Shown: positions 10,043-19,767, counted from the stretch's first letter. The stretch is DNA of 64,000 nt from Pseudomonadota bacterium (GCA_963205415.1 CAUJJS010000130.1:38334-102333); one strand, 5' to 3'. The notes: a model not told the origin generated them from the sequence alone. Program-made: numbers and translations.

Positions 10043-10228
10043 TAGTTTTGGTGTGGACACAGCGAACGCGTGGCAAGGCATCACAAAGAGACGCGCTGCA
10101 ATCAAAGTTCGGGTACGCGTACGACGCGTCCCGTGGCAGAGCTTCCCTCTCCGATCTTGCTGTCGAACTTCGCTGGGTTTCATGCCGTGAGAACAAGGCG
10201 CCCATTCCGCTGACGGTGTGGGCGTTTT
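10043..10228 (+). ncRNA. Candidate structured 5' leader or sRNA
   Basis: Starts just after the promoter; helices AAGTTCG/CGAACTT and ACGCG/CGCGT; ends in a GCGCCCA...TGGGCGT-TTT hairpin. No family recognised. Confidence 0.35.
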
Positions 10229-10300
10229 CGTGTGCGGCGCAGGCCGCGTGAGTCGCTGGGCAATGAAGTTGTACTTCCAATAACGAGGAGAACCCGAAAC

Positions 10301-10606
10301 ATGGCAACGAGCAAACCTGCAGCAAAGAAGGCCGCCGCGAAGAAAGCACCGGCGAAGAAAGCACCGGCCAAGAAGGCCGCAGTGAAGAAGGCCCCGGCCA
10401 AGAAGGCCGCAGCAAAGAAGGCGCCGGCAAAGAAGCCTGCAGCCAAGAAGGCTCCGGCAAAGAAGCCTGCGGCCAAGAAGGCTCCGGCCAAAAAGCCTGC
10501 AGCCAAGAAGGCTCCGGCAAAGAAGCCTGCCGCGAAGAAGCCTGCTGCGAAGAAGGCTCCGGCAAAACCGCTTCCGCCGGCTCCCGTGACCCCCGCCATT
10601 TCCTGA
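10301..10606 (+). CDS. Histone H1-like Lys/Ala/Pro-rich DNA-binding protein (101 aa)
   Basis: [29 protein letters not shown]... almost entirely [15 protein letters not shown] pentapeptides, as in AlgP/Hc2-type tails. Confidence 0.85.
   Translation: MATSKPAAKKAAAKKAPAKKAPAKKAAVKKAPAKKAAAKKAPAKKPAAKKAPAKKPAAKKAPAKKPAAKKAPAKKPAAKKPAAKKAPAKPLPPAPVTPAIS
10312..10568 (+). repeat. Degenerate 15-bp coding tandem repeat (about 17 units)
   Basis: Recurrent GCNAAGAAGGCNCCG / GCNAAGAAGCCTGCN units encoding the pentapeptides. Confidence 0.85.
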
Positions 10607-10641
10607 GGCGTTTAGGGCAGCCTGCCTGCCCTGGGTCATCG

Positions 10642-10685
10642 ATGGCGCTCTTCTCCTGTTGCCCAGAGGGAAGAGCGCCATTTTT
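10642..10685 (+). terminator. Intrinsic terminator after the histone-like gene
   Basis: ATGGCGCTCTTC...GAAGAGCGCCAT followed by TTTT; lies between convergent genes. Confidence 0.75.
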
Positions 10686-10715
10686 ATGCCCGCACGTTCT
10701 TGGCCGGCTCGTTCT

Positions 10716-11960
10716 TCAGCGCAGCCAACCCCGTGGTGTCGGCGCATCCAGTTTCAACCAGTCGTGCCTGGGCAGTTTGAGGTATTGATCCAACACGGTC
10801 GCAAGCAAGCCTCCTGGCACGCCACTCTCCGAGTTCCAGACGATGGCGATACCGAAATCCTCGTCCGGCAACAAGCCGATCATCGCTCGATAGCCCTGCA
10901 CCGCGCCCGCATGAAAGATGAGGGTGTGCCCGGCATAGTCGTACACGCGCCAGCCCAGCGCATAGTGGGCATCGCGCAGGCGTTCGCGCCGCCAGGCCGA
11001 GCCACGCAATTGATCGGGCGTGGCCACCAGTGGCGCGTGCACGGTGGCAAGCAGTTCGGCATCGAGCACCTCCGGCGCATGCCCGAGCTGCGCTCGCAAC
11101 CACAAGGACAGGTCGTGGATGCTGGCGTTGACGCCGGCCGCCGGCGGTACACGGTAGTAATTTTCCTTGGGGCGCACCGGAATCCAGCGACCCCGTTGCC
11201 GGACATGGGGCCGCGCCCAACTGGTGCTGGCTTCGAGCGCCTCGCGGCCGTAGGTGGCGGAGTACATGCCGAGTGGATGGAAGATGCGCTTTTCGACTTG
11301 TTGTGAATAGAACTTGCCGGTGGTGGCGAACACGATGTCGCCAATCAGGCTGAAAGCGATGTTCTGGTAGCCATAACAGTCGCCGGCATCGCAGGTCGAA
11401 TCCAGTTCGTCGAGTTTCGCCACCAGCAAGGGATAAGGCTCGTCCTGTTCCAGCAGGCGGTCCATGGCATTGTGCGGAATGCCGACGCGGTGACTGAGGA
11501 TGTCTTGCACCGTCAGGGATTGGGCCGAATGGATGTCCTGCAGCTTGAACGCCGGCAGGTAATCGACGATGCGCGAATCCCAACGCAAGGCGTCTTCCTC
11601 GACCAACATCGCGGCCAAGGTGCCGGCAAAGGCCTTGGACAGCGAGGCCAGACGAAACACCGTGTCGATTCCGACTTTCTCGGTGCCGGTGGTGTCGGTC
11701 ACGCCGAAGCCACGTTCCAACAACACGCGATTGCCTTGGGTCAGGACGATCGCCATGCCGCTGCCCTTGGCGCGTCGCAGAATGCGTTGACCCAGCGTGT
11801 CGACGCGCTTGGCCAGCGCTTCGAGTTCGCGTTCGTTGGGTGTGATGGCCTTGGCGCGCGCCGAGGCTGCTTGGGCCTGTGCCGGTGGCTGGATTTTCTC
11901 GGCTGCCTGCAGCGGCGCGGGTGCCAGCCAGAGGCCGACGAGGCAGGTCACAAGGCCCAT
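10716..11960 (-). CDS. Serine hydrolase, beta-lactamase class C/AmpH-like family
   Basis: Signal peptide; FRLASLSK (SxxK), YQN (YxN), HAG. Start uncertain (alternative GTG near 11990). Confidence 0.85.
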   Translation of the reverse strand: MGLVTCLVGLWLAPAPLQAAEKIQPPAQAQAASARAKAITPNERELEALAKRVDTLGQRILRRAKGSGMAIVLTQGNRVLLERGFGVTDTTGTEKVGIDTVFRLASLSKAFAGTLAAMLVEEDALRWDSRIVDYLPAFKLQDIHSAQSLTVQDILSHRVGIPHNAMDRLLEQDEPYPLLVAKLDELDSTCDAGDCYGYQNIAFSLIGDIVFATTGKFYSQQVEKRIFHPLGMYSATYGREALEASTSWARPHVRQRGRWIPVRPKENYYRVPPAAGVNASIHDLSLWLRAQLGHAPEVLDAELLATVHAPLVATPDQLRGSAWRRERLRDAHYALGWRVYDYAGHTLIFHAGAVQGYRAMIGLLPDEDFGIAIVWNSESGVPGGLLATVLDQYLKLPRHDWLKLDAPTPRGWLR

Positions 11961-12091
11961 GCCGATGCGTCTGGAAATGGTGTGCGTCACTGCCTGACTT
12001 TGCTCGAACCGCGATTCGTGGCAGTTTAACGCAGGATGTTTTCCCACCCGGATCGTCCAAGGGCGAGCCAGTTCACACAAGGAGTTCTGCC

Positions 12092-12700
12092 ATGACTGCA
12101 TTTCTCGTCTTCCTGCTGGTTCTGTTCGGTATCGCCGCCGGCTTGGTGTTGTTCGTCGTCGGTCTTTACAACGGCTTGATTCAGGCTCGCAACGCCTACA
12201 AGAACGCCTTTGCCCAGATCGATGTGCAACTCAATCGGCGCTACGACCTGATTCCCAATCTGGTGGAAGTGGCCAAGACCTACATGGCGCACGAGCGCGA
12301 CACCCTGGAAGCGGTGATCAAGGCGCGTGCCGCCGCCGTGGCAGGCTTGGGTGCGGCCAAAGCCAATCCCGGCGATCCGGCGGCGATGGCGCAGTTGGCT
12401 GGGGCCGAAGGCGGACTGGGTGCCGCCCTCGGACGTTTGATGATGGTCAGTGAGGCCTATCCGGATCTCAAGGCCAATCAGAACATGGCGCAGTTGAGTG
12501 AAGAACTGACCTCGACCGAAAACAAGGTCGCCTTCGCGCGTCAGGCCTACAACGATCAGGTCATGACCTACAACAACAAGCGCGAAGTCTTCCCCAGCAG
12601 CATCATCGCCGGCATGTTCCAGTTCCTGCCGGCGGCCTTCCTCGAAATTTCCAGCGAAGACGCGCACAAGCGCGAAGCCCCCAAGGTGTCCTTCAACTGA
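12092..12700 (+). CDS. lemA: LemA family protein
   Basis: AGGAG RBS; N-terminal TM; IDVQLNRRYDLIPNLV, EAYPDLKAN, ENKVAFARQAYN. Confidence 0.93.
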   Translation: MTAFLVFLLVLFGIAAGLVLFVVGLYNGLIQARNAYKNAFAQIDVQLNRRYDLIPNLVEVAKTYMAHERDTLEAVIKARAAAVAGLGAAKANPGDPAAMAQLAGAEGGLGAALGRLMMVSEAYPDLKANQNMAQLSEELTSTENKVAFARQAYNDQVMTYNNKREVFPSSIIAGMFQFLPAAFLEISSEDAHKREAPKVSFN

Positions 12701-12752
12701 TCCGCTCAGACGCCTGCGCCGCAATGCGCAGGCGTCACCCATGGGAGCCACG

Positions 12753-14696
12753 ATGAACTTCTTCCAGCACCAGCATCAGGCACGCAGTTCGACACGCAGG
12801 CTGATCATCCTGTTCGTGCTCGCGGTGCTGGCCATCGTGGCAGCCGTGGATCTGGCCGTATTGATAGCGATGCCCAGTCCGCTGCCAGACGATACCGTGG
12901 AGCGCGTGGCGCGCAGCGATGTTCAACAGACCCGGGCCCTGTGGATCGCAACGATCCTGACCTTGGCCGTCATCGGCTTTTCCAGCCTGTATCGCATCGC
13001 CGCGCTGCGTGGTGGCGGAGCGACGGTGGCCCAGTCAATGGGCGGCACTCTGGTCGCGGCCGACACCACCGAGCCGAGCTTGCGGCGTCTGCGCAATGTG
13101 GTGGAGGAAATTGCCATCGCCTCGGCCACACCGGTTCCAGAAATCTACGTGATGGACGGGGAAGAAGGCATCAACGCCTTTGCCGCCGGCTACTCGTCGA
13201 GCGATGCGGTGATCGCGGTGACACGCGGGGCGCTCAATCGCCTCAATCGCGACGAATTGCAGGCCGTGATTGCACACGAGTTCAGCCACATCCTCAATGG
13301 CGACATGCGCCTGAACATCCGCCTCATGGGCGTGCTGTTCGGCATCCTGGTGCTGGGCATCATCGGGCGCGAAGTGCTCCTGCACGTGCGTGGCGGGCGC
13401 GATTCACGCGGGGTGTTGGTGGTGATGCTGGCCGCCCTCGTGCTGACCGTGGTGGGCTATATCGGCCTGTTTTTCGGACGCCTGATCAAGGCCGGCATTT
13501 CACGTTCGCGCGAACGCCTGGCCGATGCCTCGGCGGTGCAGTTCACCCGCCAGACCGAAGGGCTTGCCGGCGCGCTCAAGAAGATTGCAGGCTTGAACGA
13601 GGGTTCGCGCCTGACCGGTGCCAGAACCGAGGAAGTCAGCCACATGCTGTTCGGTGAAGGCATGGGTTTTTCCTCTTGGTTCGCCACCCATCCACCCATC
13701 CTCGAACGCATCAAGGCCGTCGATCCGAGTTTCAATCCCAAGGAATTCGACAGCCTGAAAGCACGCTGGATCGCGCAGCCGCCCTCGGCACTTGAAGAAG
13801 ACTTGGCGCTGGGTTTTGCCGCCGACGGCAGTCGACTGGGCGCGCGCGTGGATTTGATGACCACGCCATCCACGACGGACGTGAAGCCCGAGGCCATCGC
13901 CGCGCAGGTGGGCGTTCCCGACCCGCGTGACGTGGCCTGTGCCCAATCCATTGATCTGGCCTTGAGTGAGACCCTGCAGAATGCCGCGCGGCGCCAGGAT
14001 CAAGCGATGGCCGTGGTGCTGGCCTTGCTGTTGGCCGAAACGGCGCAGGTGCGCGAACGCCAGTTGCATGACATTGCCTCGCATCTTGATCCATCGACTG
14101 GCGACAAGGTTCGCAGCCTGTGGCCGGAAGTGTCGCGCCTGCACCCGATGTTGCGATTGCCCTTGGCGTCACTGGCCTTCCCCTTGTTGCGACGTCGCCC
14201 GCGGCCCGAGTTGGGGCGCTTTCTCGCGTGTTGTGAAGCGCTGATCGCCGAGGATGGCGCGGTGTCCTTGTTCGAATACTGCCTCGGGCGCCTGCTGCGC
14301 CGGCAGACGGTGGAGGCACTGGATCCGGCGCGTTACACACCCAACGGACGACGCAAACTTGCCCAGGTCCGCGAACAGGTGGAGACGGTATTGGCGGTCC
14401 TCGCCAATCAAGGGCACGATCGCGCGCTTGAAGCCCAACGCGCCTACGGTGCGGGCATCGAGCAGATCTTCCCGGGGCAGGCCTCCCGCTATCAGCCGCC
14501 GACCGACTTCGTGGCCGCATTGGAACGGGCCCTGCCGGAACTTGACGATGTCGAACCCATGGGCAAGGCGCTCTTGATCGAGGGTTTGGTCGCCACCATC
14601 GGCACCGACGGCAAGGTCTGTGTGGCCGAGGCCGAACTGCTGCGGACCCTGTGCGCGGTGTTGCATTGCCCCCTGCCGCCGATGCTCAAGAGCTGA
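12753..14696 (+). CDS. M48 (HtpX-like) zinc metallopeptidase with C-terminal extension
   Basis: NAFAAG, HEFSH (HExxH), SRERLADA, ATHPP; typical LemA partner. Confidence 0.9.
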   Translation: MNFFQHQHQARSSTRRLIILFVLAVLAIVAAVDLAVLIAMPSPLPDDTVERVARSDVQQTRALWIATILTLAVIGFSSLYRIAALRGGGATVAQSMGGTLVAADTTEPSLRRLRNVVEEIAIASATPVPEIYVMDGEEGINAFAAGYSSSDAVIAVTRGALNRLNRDELQAVIAHEFSHILNGDMRLNIRLMGVLFGILVLGIIGREVLLHVRGGRDSRGVLVVMLAALVLTVVGYIGLFFGRLIKAGISRSRERLADASAVQFTRQTEGLAGALKKIAGLNEGSRLTGARTEEVSHMLFGEGMGFSSWFATHPPILERIKAVDPSFNPKEFDSLKARWIAQPPSALEEDLALGFAADGSRLGARVDLMTTPSTTDVKPEAIAAQVGVPDPRDVACAQSIDLALSETLQNAARRQDQAMAVVLALLLAETAQVRERQLHDIASHLDPSTGDKVRSLWPEVSRLHPMLRLPLASLAFPLLRRRPRPELGRFLACCEALIAEDGAVSLFEYCLGRLLRRQTVEALDPARYTPNGRRKLAQVREQVETVLAVLANQGHDRALEAQRAYGAGIEQIFPGQASRYQPPTDFVAALERALPELDDVEPMGKALLIEGLVATIGTDGKVCVAEAELLRTLCAVLHCPLPPMLKS

Positions 14697-14750
14697 GTTG
14701 CGCTCGACGTGTGGCACAGGCGTGCGCGCCAGCCGCGCTAGACTGACTGC

Positions 14751-15767
14751 ATGAATCCACGCCACGCAGCCGACGACCCCAGCGCACTGAACACGATGAT
14801 GCGGGCGGCACGCGCCGCGTTCCTCGACGTGGCTTCCTTGGGTTCTGACGTCGATCTCACCGGCCTCACGACCGCCTGCAACACACTGAGCTGCTTTGAC
14901 TTCACCGCGCAGGCACAGCTTGCCGAGCGCTTGCACGATGCCAACGTGGTGATCTGCAACAAGACACCGCTGGGTTCGGATCTATTGTCCAAGGCCTCGG
15001 CCCTTGAACTGGTGCTGGTCACCGCCACCGGCGTCAACAACGTCGATCTGTACAGCGCCGCCATCCACGGCATCGAAGTGCGCAATTGCCGCAACTACGG
15101 CACCGACGCGGTGGCCCAGCACACCATGACCTTGATCCTGGCCTTGCACACGCGGCTGTTGGATTACCAGCGCGACATGGCCGCCGGCGCGTGGCCACGG
15201 GCCGCCAACTTCTGCCTGCTGGATCACCCGATCCTGGAGCTCGCCGGTCGTCGCCTCGGCATCGTCGGGCGTGGGCCGATCGGGTGCAAAGTGGCGGAGC
15301 TGGCGCGTGCCTTCGGCATGGAGGTGGTGTTCGCGCAGCTGCCAGGGCGTGCGGCAGGGCCGAATTCAGTGCCTTGGCCCGAGCTTTTGCGCCGCGTCGA
15401 TGTGCTGAGCCTGCACTGCCCATTGAACGAGGCCACCGAGCACCTGCTCGATGCCGCGGCCTTGGCGGCGATGCGCCCGGGTGCCATGGTGATCAACACC
15501 GCGCGCGCCGGCCTGATCGACACCCCTGCCTTGATCGCAGCCTTGCGCCAGGGGCATCTGGGCGGAGCGGCGATGGATGGCTTGGACGTGGAGCCACCCC
15601 CTTCTGGACATCCCTTGCTCGACTCCGGCATCCCGAATTTCCTGCTGACACCGCACAACGCCTGGGCCAGTCGGCAGGCGCGTCAGCGTCTGGTCACACA
15701 GACTGTAGAGAATCTTCAGGCGTGGCGGCGCGGGGAGGCGTTGCGCACGGTGACCGCCAGTCGTTGA
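14751..15767 (+). CDS. D-2-hydroxyacid dehydrogenase (glycerate dehydrogenase-like)
   Basis: ATGVNNVD, GRGPIG, SLHCPL, NTARAGLID, TPHNAW. Confidence 0.88.
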   Translation: MNPRHAADDPSALNTMMRAARAAFLDVASLGSDVDLTGLTTACNTLSCFDFTAQAQLAERLHDANVVICNKTPLGSDLLSKASALELVLVTATGVNNVDLYSAAIHGIEVRNCRNYGTDAVAQHTMTLILALHTRLLDYQRDMAAGAWPRAANFCLLDHPILELAGRRLGIVGRGPIGCKVAELARAFGMEVVFAQLPGRAAGPNSVPWPELLRRVDVLSLHCPLNEATEHLLDAAALAAMRPGAMVINTARAGLIDTPALIAALRQGHLGGAAMDGLDVEPPPSGHPLLDSGIPNFLLTPHNAWASRQARQRLVTQTVENLQAWRRGEALRTVTASR

Positions 15768-15802
15768 GCTGGCGTCGAATCCACATCGCACGGAGAGCAC
15801 CC

Positions 15803-16339
15803 ATGAAAACGCAACTTTCACGCATCCTTCCCTTGAGTTTGGCCTTGCTGCTGCCGCTCGCGGTATCGGCACAGGAGGCGGCGGCACCCACCGAGTCCGT
15901 GGCATCACCCGTCACGGTTGAACTGGGCGACTTCAACACCATGCACGAGGTCAGGAAGTTGAATGGCATCCAGCGACGCGATACCGAGCGTCAGATCAAG
16001 ATGCTGGCCGACTGGTTGACCAAGGCCGCGCAGAAAAACCTAGCCGCTGGCCAAAGCCTCCACATCACCTTGACTGACGTCGACCTGGCCGGTGACTACG
16101 AGCCCAGCACCGGCATCGACATGCAGCATGTCCGCGTGGTGCGTGAAATGTATCCGCCGAACATCGACCTTTCCTGGCGCCTGACCGATGCCAATGGCGC
16201 CAATCTCGACGAGGGCGCAGTCGGCCTCCGCGACATGGGTTTTCTCAGCGCCAATTCACCGACCACTCAGCAATCGTTGACTTACGAGAAGCGCATGTTG
16301 CGCAAATGGTTGAGCCAGCATTTTCCCAAGAAGGCTTGA
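15803..16339 (+). CDS. Exported protein, DUF3016-like
   Basis: GGAG RBS, signal peptide; TDVDLAGDYEP, RVVREMYPP, YEKRMLRKW. Confidence 0.7.
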   Translation: MKTQLSRILPLSLALLLPLAVSAQEAAAPTESVASPVTVELGDFNTMHEVRKLNGIQRRDTERQIKMLADWLTKAAQKNLAAGQSLHITLTDVDLAGDYEPSTGIDMQHVRVVREMYPPNIDLSWRLTDANGANLDEGAVGLRDMGFLSANSPTTQQSLTYEKRMLRKWLSQHFPKKA

Positions 16340-16351
16340 TGCAAGCCGCCG

Positions 16352-17041
16352 TCACGGGCGCCAGCGATAGCCGGCCCCGTGCACGGTGTCGATCTCGTCG
16401 AACGCGGGATCCAGCGCAATGAACTTCTTGCGCATGCGCTTGATGTGCGAGGTCACGGTGGCGTCGTCCACCACGATCTGGGCCTCGCGCATCAACTGAT
16501 CGCGCGATTTCACATGGCCGGGGCGATGGGCGAGCGCATGCACCATCCAAAACTCGGTGACGGTCAGCGGCACGTCCTCGCCATTCCAAGTCACGCGCAT
16601 GCGCTCCAGTTCCAATTTCAGTGCCCGCACTGCGATCACGGTTTCGCGTGCGTGGGGTGAGCGCAGTGCATCGGTGCGCCGAAGCAAGGCCTGTACCCGC
16701 GCCGTCAACTGCGCCAGCGAGATGTCCTTGGTCAGGTAATCATCGGCTCCCAGCCGCAGACCTGAAATGACATCCAGATCCGAATCGCGCGCGGTCAAGA
16801 ACAATATCGGCAGGCTCGCCGAGCGAACGCGCAATTCGCGGCATAGCTCGAAACCGCCTTCCGGCTCATCGCCTAGACCCACATCGATGATGACCAGATC
16901 CGGTAGCTGCAAGGCAAAGGCCTGCTGTGCATCGGGACGATTGGCGAACGCCAGCACGCGGTGACCAAAGCGCGTCAGGGCATCCACATAGTTGGCGCGG
17001 ATTGCGGGTTCGTCTTCGACGATGGCGAGGGTGCGACTCAT
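16352..17041 (-). CDS. pdsR: OmpR-family response regulator, PdsR (proteobacterial sortase system) type
   Basis: IVEDEPAIRANY, FLTARDSDLDVISGLRLGADDYLTKDIS, LTVTEFWMVHALA, TSHIKRMRKKF match the recalled PdsR family. Confidence 0.8.
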   Translation of the reverse strand: MSRTLAIVEDEPAIRANYVDALTRFGHRVLAFANRPDAQQAFALQLPDLVIIDVGLGDEPEGGFELCRELRVRSASLPILFLTARDSDLDVISGLRLGADDYLTKDISLAQLTARVQALLRRTDALRSPHARETVIAVRALKLELERMRVTWNGEDVPLTVTEFWMVHALAHRPGHVKSRDQLMREAQIVVDDATVTSHIKRMRKKFIALDPAFDEIDTVHGAGYRWRP

Positions 17042-17102
17042 GGCGTGGCCCGATTCAAGCTCAATTCGAGCATAGGTCCGACCACGCGCTGCGGCAACGC
17101 AC

Positions 17103-17140
17103 TGCCCGCAAATTGCCCGAAGTGATCGGATTTCGTGCCC
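17103..17140. promoter_or_regulatory. Putative OmpR/PhoB-type operator (phased direct repeats)
   Basis: TGCCC at 17103, 17114 and 17136 (11- and 22-bp spacing) in the divergent intergenic region. Confidence 0.4.
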
Positions 17141-17207
17141 ATTTGGCAGCGGCCCTGACCGATGCGTGCCTTGCAATGCTCGCCACACTAGGAACCAGGA
17201 GCCGAGC

Positions 17208-17549
17208 ATGCCCAGCACCCACCGTCTAACGCGCAAACCACGCCTTTTTGCTTGCAAGCGCCACTGCCATGCGTCGGCGATGCTGCTTCTGGCCTTGAGT
17301 CCGAGCCTTTCCGCCGCACCGGTCAATGACGGATTCAAGACGGAACTGGCCAGCGTGGCGTCACCCATTGCCGGCACGCGTTGCGAGTCGAGTTACGGCC
17401 ACGCCGACGCGTCATCCGCCGCTACCCAGATCGCACCCCGTCTGACGCCACGCGAAAATCGCGCCACCCTCGGCTGGGCCGTGGCCTTGTTGTTGGCGGG
17501 CGTCGCAGTCGGTCGCCACAGCGCCAAGACCACTTCGGAGCAGGTCTAA
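17208..17549 (+). CDS. Hypothetical small exported/membrane-anchored protein
   Basis: AGGAG RBS; signal-like LLLALSPSLSA; C-terminal hydrophobic LGWAVALLLAGVAVG followed by RH. Confidence 0.5.
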   Translation: MPSTHRLTRKPRLFACKRHCHASAMLLLALSPSLSAAPVNDGFKTELASVASPIAGTRCESSYGHADASSAATQIAPRLTPRENRATLGWAVALLLAGVAVGRHSAKTTSEQV

Positions 17550-17770
17550 TGGACCTGTGCTTGCCCGAGGATTGGCGCAAACATCCGCAGGCTTTGTGCC
17601 GCGACGATCTGGCACCTGGCTTCGAGTCCGTGCTGGGCGGGCGTGTGGTGTGTGGCCTGCGCGATTGGCGTCGATGCGAGCGAGGCGCGGCTCCGCTTTC
17701 CGGCGCGCGTGCAGAGCCCGCGCCCAAGCTCACGCCCTATCGGGCACCGGCTTGGCTACGCGCTCATTGA
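17549..17770 (+). CDS. Hypothetical 73-aa protein (4 Cys)
   Basis: TAATG stop/start overlap with the previous ORF and GGAG upstream; MDLCLPEDWRKH...YRAPAWLRAH. Confidence 0.45.
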   Translation: MDLCLPEDWRKHPQALCRDDLAPGFESVLGGRVVCGLRDWRRCERGAAPLSGARAEPAPKLTPYRAPAWLRAH

Positions 17771-17791
17771 ACGCGGGCTTCTGCCCGCAGA

Positions 17792-18445
17792 TCACGCCAG
17801 GATGCGCTCGCCATCACAGATGACGATATCGGCCGGACGCGCTGCAAAGAGGCCCACCGTCACCACGCCCACGATCTGATTGATGCGCGCTTCCAGCGCC
17901 ACAGGATCGGTGATGGCGAGGCCGTGCGCATCGAGGATCCAGTTGCCATTGTCGGTGACCACGCCATCACGCCATACCGGTTGCCCACCCAAGTCCAGCA
18001 GCGCCCGCGCCACATGACTGCGCGCCATCGGGATGACCTCCACCGGCAAGGGAAAGCGCCCGAGCACATCCACGCGCTTGCTGCCATCGATCACGCAGAC
18101 GAAGCGCGCACTGGCGGCCGCGATGATCTTTTCGCGCGTCAGCGCCGCGCCGCCGCCCTTGATCAGATGCCGTTGCAGATTGCACTCATCGGCGCCGTCC
18201 ACGTACAACTCCAGCGGTCCCACGGCGTTGAGGTCGAGCACGGCGATGCCATGCTGCCGCAACAAGGCCGTACTTTGTTCGGAACTCGAAACCGCGCCTT
18301 CGATCAGGCCACGCTCGCGCCCCAGCGCTTCGATGAACCAGCGCACGGTGGAGCCGGTGCCCACGCCGATGACGCTGCCGGGTTCAACCAGTTTCAGGGC
18401 GCTTTCGGCGGACAGGCGCTTGCCATTTTCTGCAGATGCGTTCAT
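17792..18445 (-). CDS. rpiA: Ribose-5-phosphate isomerase A
   Basis: [26 protein letters not shown]. Confidence 0.95.
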   Translation of the reverse strand: MNASAENGKRLSAESALKLVEPGSVIGVGTGSTVRWFIEALGRERGLIEGAVSSSEQSTALLRQHGIAVLDLNAVGPLELYVDGADECNLQRHLIKGGGAALTREKIIAAASARFVCVIDGSKRVDVLGRFPLPVEVIPMARSHVARALLDLGGQPVWRDGVVTDNGNWILDAHGLAITDPVALEARINQIVGVVTVGLFAARPADIVICDGERILA

Positions 18446-18456
18446 GCGTTTCTCGC

Positions 18457-18912
18457 TCAAGCCAAGGTAGACAGGGTGTGCCACTGCGAATCGGTGACCG
18501 GCAGAACCGACAAGCGGTTGCCGCGTGCCAGCAGCGGGAAGTCGCCTAGAACAGCGCTCATCTGCCGGAGCTCCGACAAACCGAGCGTGCGCGTCAAGCG
18601 GCGCTCGAAGGCGACATCGATAAGGAACCAGCGCGGTGCTTCGGTGCTGGCCTTGGGGTCGAAATAATCGCTGTCGGGATCGAACTGGGTCGGATCGGGA
18701 TAGGCCGCACTGGCCACGCGCGCGATGCCCACGATGCCCGGCTCGGCGCAATTGGAGTGGTAGAACAGCACCCCGTCACCGACCTGCATCTGGTCGCGCA
18801 TGTAATTGCGGGCCTGATAGTTGCGCACACCGGTCCAGGGTTCGCGTTCACGCGCGGCGAGGTCCTCGATGGAGAACTCTTCGGGCTCGGACTTCATCAA
18901 CCAATACGCCAT
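18457..18912 (-). CDS. EVE domain protein
   Basis: [31 protein letters not shown]. Confidence 0.93.
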   Translation of the reverse strand: MAYWLMKSEPEEFSIEDLAAREREPWTGVRNYQARNYMRDQMQVGDGVLFYHSNCAEPGIVGIARVASAAYPDPTQFDPDSDYFDPKASTEAPRWFLIDVAFERRLTRTLGLSELRQMSAVLGDFPLLARGNRLSVLPVTDSQWHTLSTLA

Positions 18913-18943
18913 GGCCTTCAACTGCGCGGACGGACGTGAAATT

Positions 18944-19558
18944 CTACCGGCACAGGAGGGTCCGGGTCGGGGTGACGACGGCATCCATCGCCACGTCCCA
19001 CGCTTCGACCTGCAGCGCTTCAACTTCCTGGAAGTCGTAGGCCACACCGATCAAACGCGGTCGCGCGGGGCGTTCGACCGCCTTCAGGAAGGCGAAACTG
19101 CGGTCGTAGTAGCCGCCACCGGCACCCAGGCGATGGCCACGCGCATCGAAACCCACCAAGGGCACCAGCACCACGTCGAGCGCATTCTGGGACCGTTGCA
19201 AGGCCGGCTCAAGCTCCGGCTCAGGGATGCCGTAGCGATTCTGCACCAAGGCATCGCCGAAGCGCCAAGCTGCAAAGCGCAGGTGCTTGCCCGGTGCCAG
19301 ACAGGGCAGGCAATACACGAACGGCGGCCGGGGGCTGAGTACGGCATGCAAGGAAATTTCCCCCTGCACCGCCCAGTAACCGGCGACGTAGGCCGGCCCG
19401 TTCAATTCGGGAAGCTGGCGCAAGCGATGGGCGAGTGCTTCGGCGGCTGCCATGCGCTCGCCTGCCGGCACGGCCAGACGACGCTTTCGCAACAAGGTTC
19501 GCAGGCGATCTCGACTGAGCTCAGCGTCGCGGTTCACGGCAAGTCCGGGGTTTTCCAT
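18944..19558 (-). CDS. ygfA: 5-formyltetrahydrofolate cyclo-ligase
   Basis: YGIPEP, VPLVGFD, RLGAGGGYYDR; located downstream of 6S RNA. Confidence 0.93.
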   Translation of the reverse strand: MENPGLAVNRDAELSRDRLRTLLRKRRLAVPAGERMAAAEALAHRLRQLPELNGPAYVAGYWAVQGEISLHAVLSPRPPFVYCLPCLAPGKHLRFAAWRFGDALVQNRYGIPEPELEPALQRSQNALDVVLVPLVGFDARGHRLGAGGGYYDRSFAFLKAVERPARPRLIGVAYDFQEVEALQVEAWDVAMDAVVTPTRTLLCR

Positions 19559-19581
19559 CGGCTTCACGATGGTGGAAGGAG

Positions 19582-19767
19582 GCAGCCTCCACCGTGGCGA
19601 TGCGTACGAAACGACCTTGATCCCGAGGATCAGGTGGGAACGCTTGTCAGGCTTCGGGCTTACCGCTCATGGCGGGCCTGCACACCTGCCTGAAGTTGCG
19701 TCCCCGGGGTCGTTCATTAGGGTCAAGGCAAATGTAAGCGTACGCTGTCGCTCACAGCAGAGGTTGC
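19582..19767 (-). ncRNA. ssrS: 6S RNA
   Basis: About 186 nt between zapA and ygfA (canonical position); complementary ends (GCAACCTCTGCTGTG / CACGGTGGAGGCTGC); TAACAT -10 just upstream. Confidence 0.88.

Noticed and set aside
12709..12736. Hairpin between lemA and the M48 gene
   Set aside because: No U-tract and a single copy; at most an mRNA stability element.
14712..14726. sigma54-like TGGCAC motif before the dehydrogenase
   Set aside because: GG-to-GC spacing is off by one base; the similar motif near 52785 lacks the -12 element.
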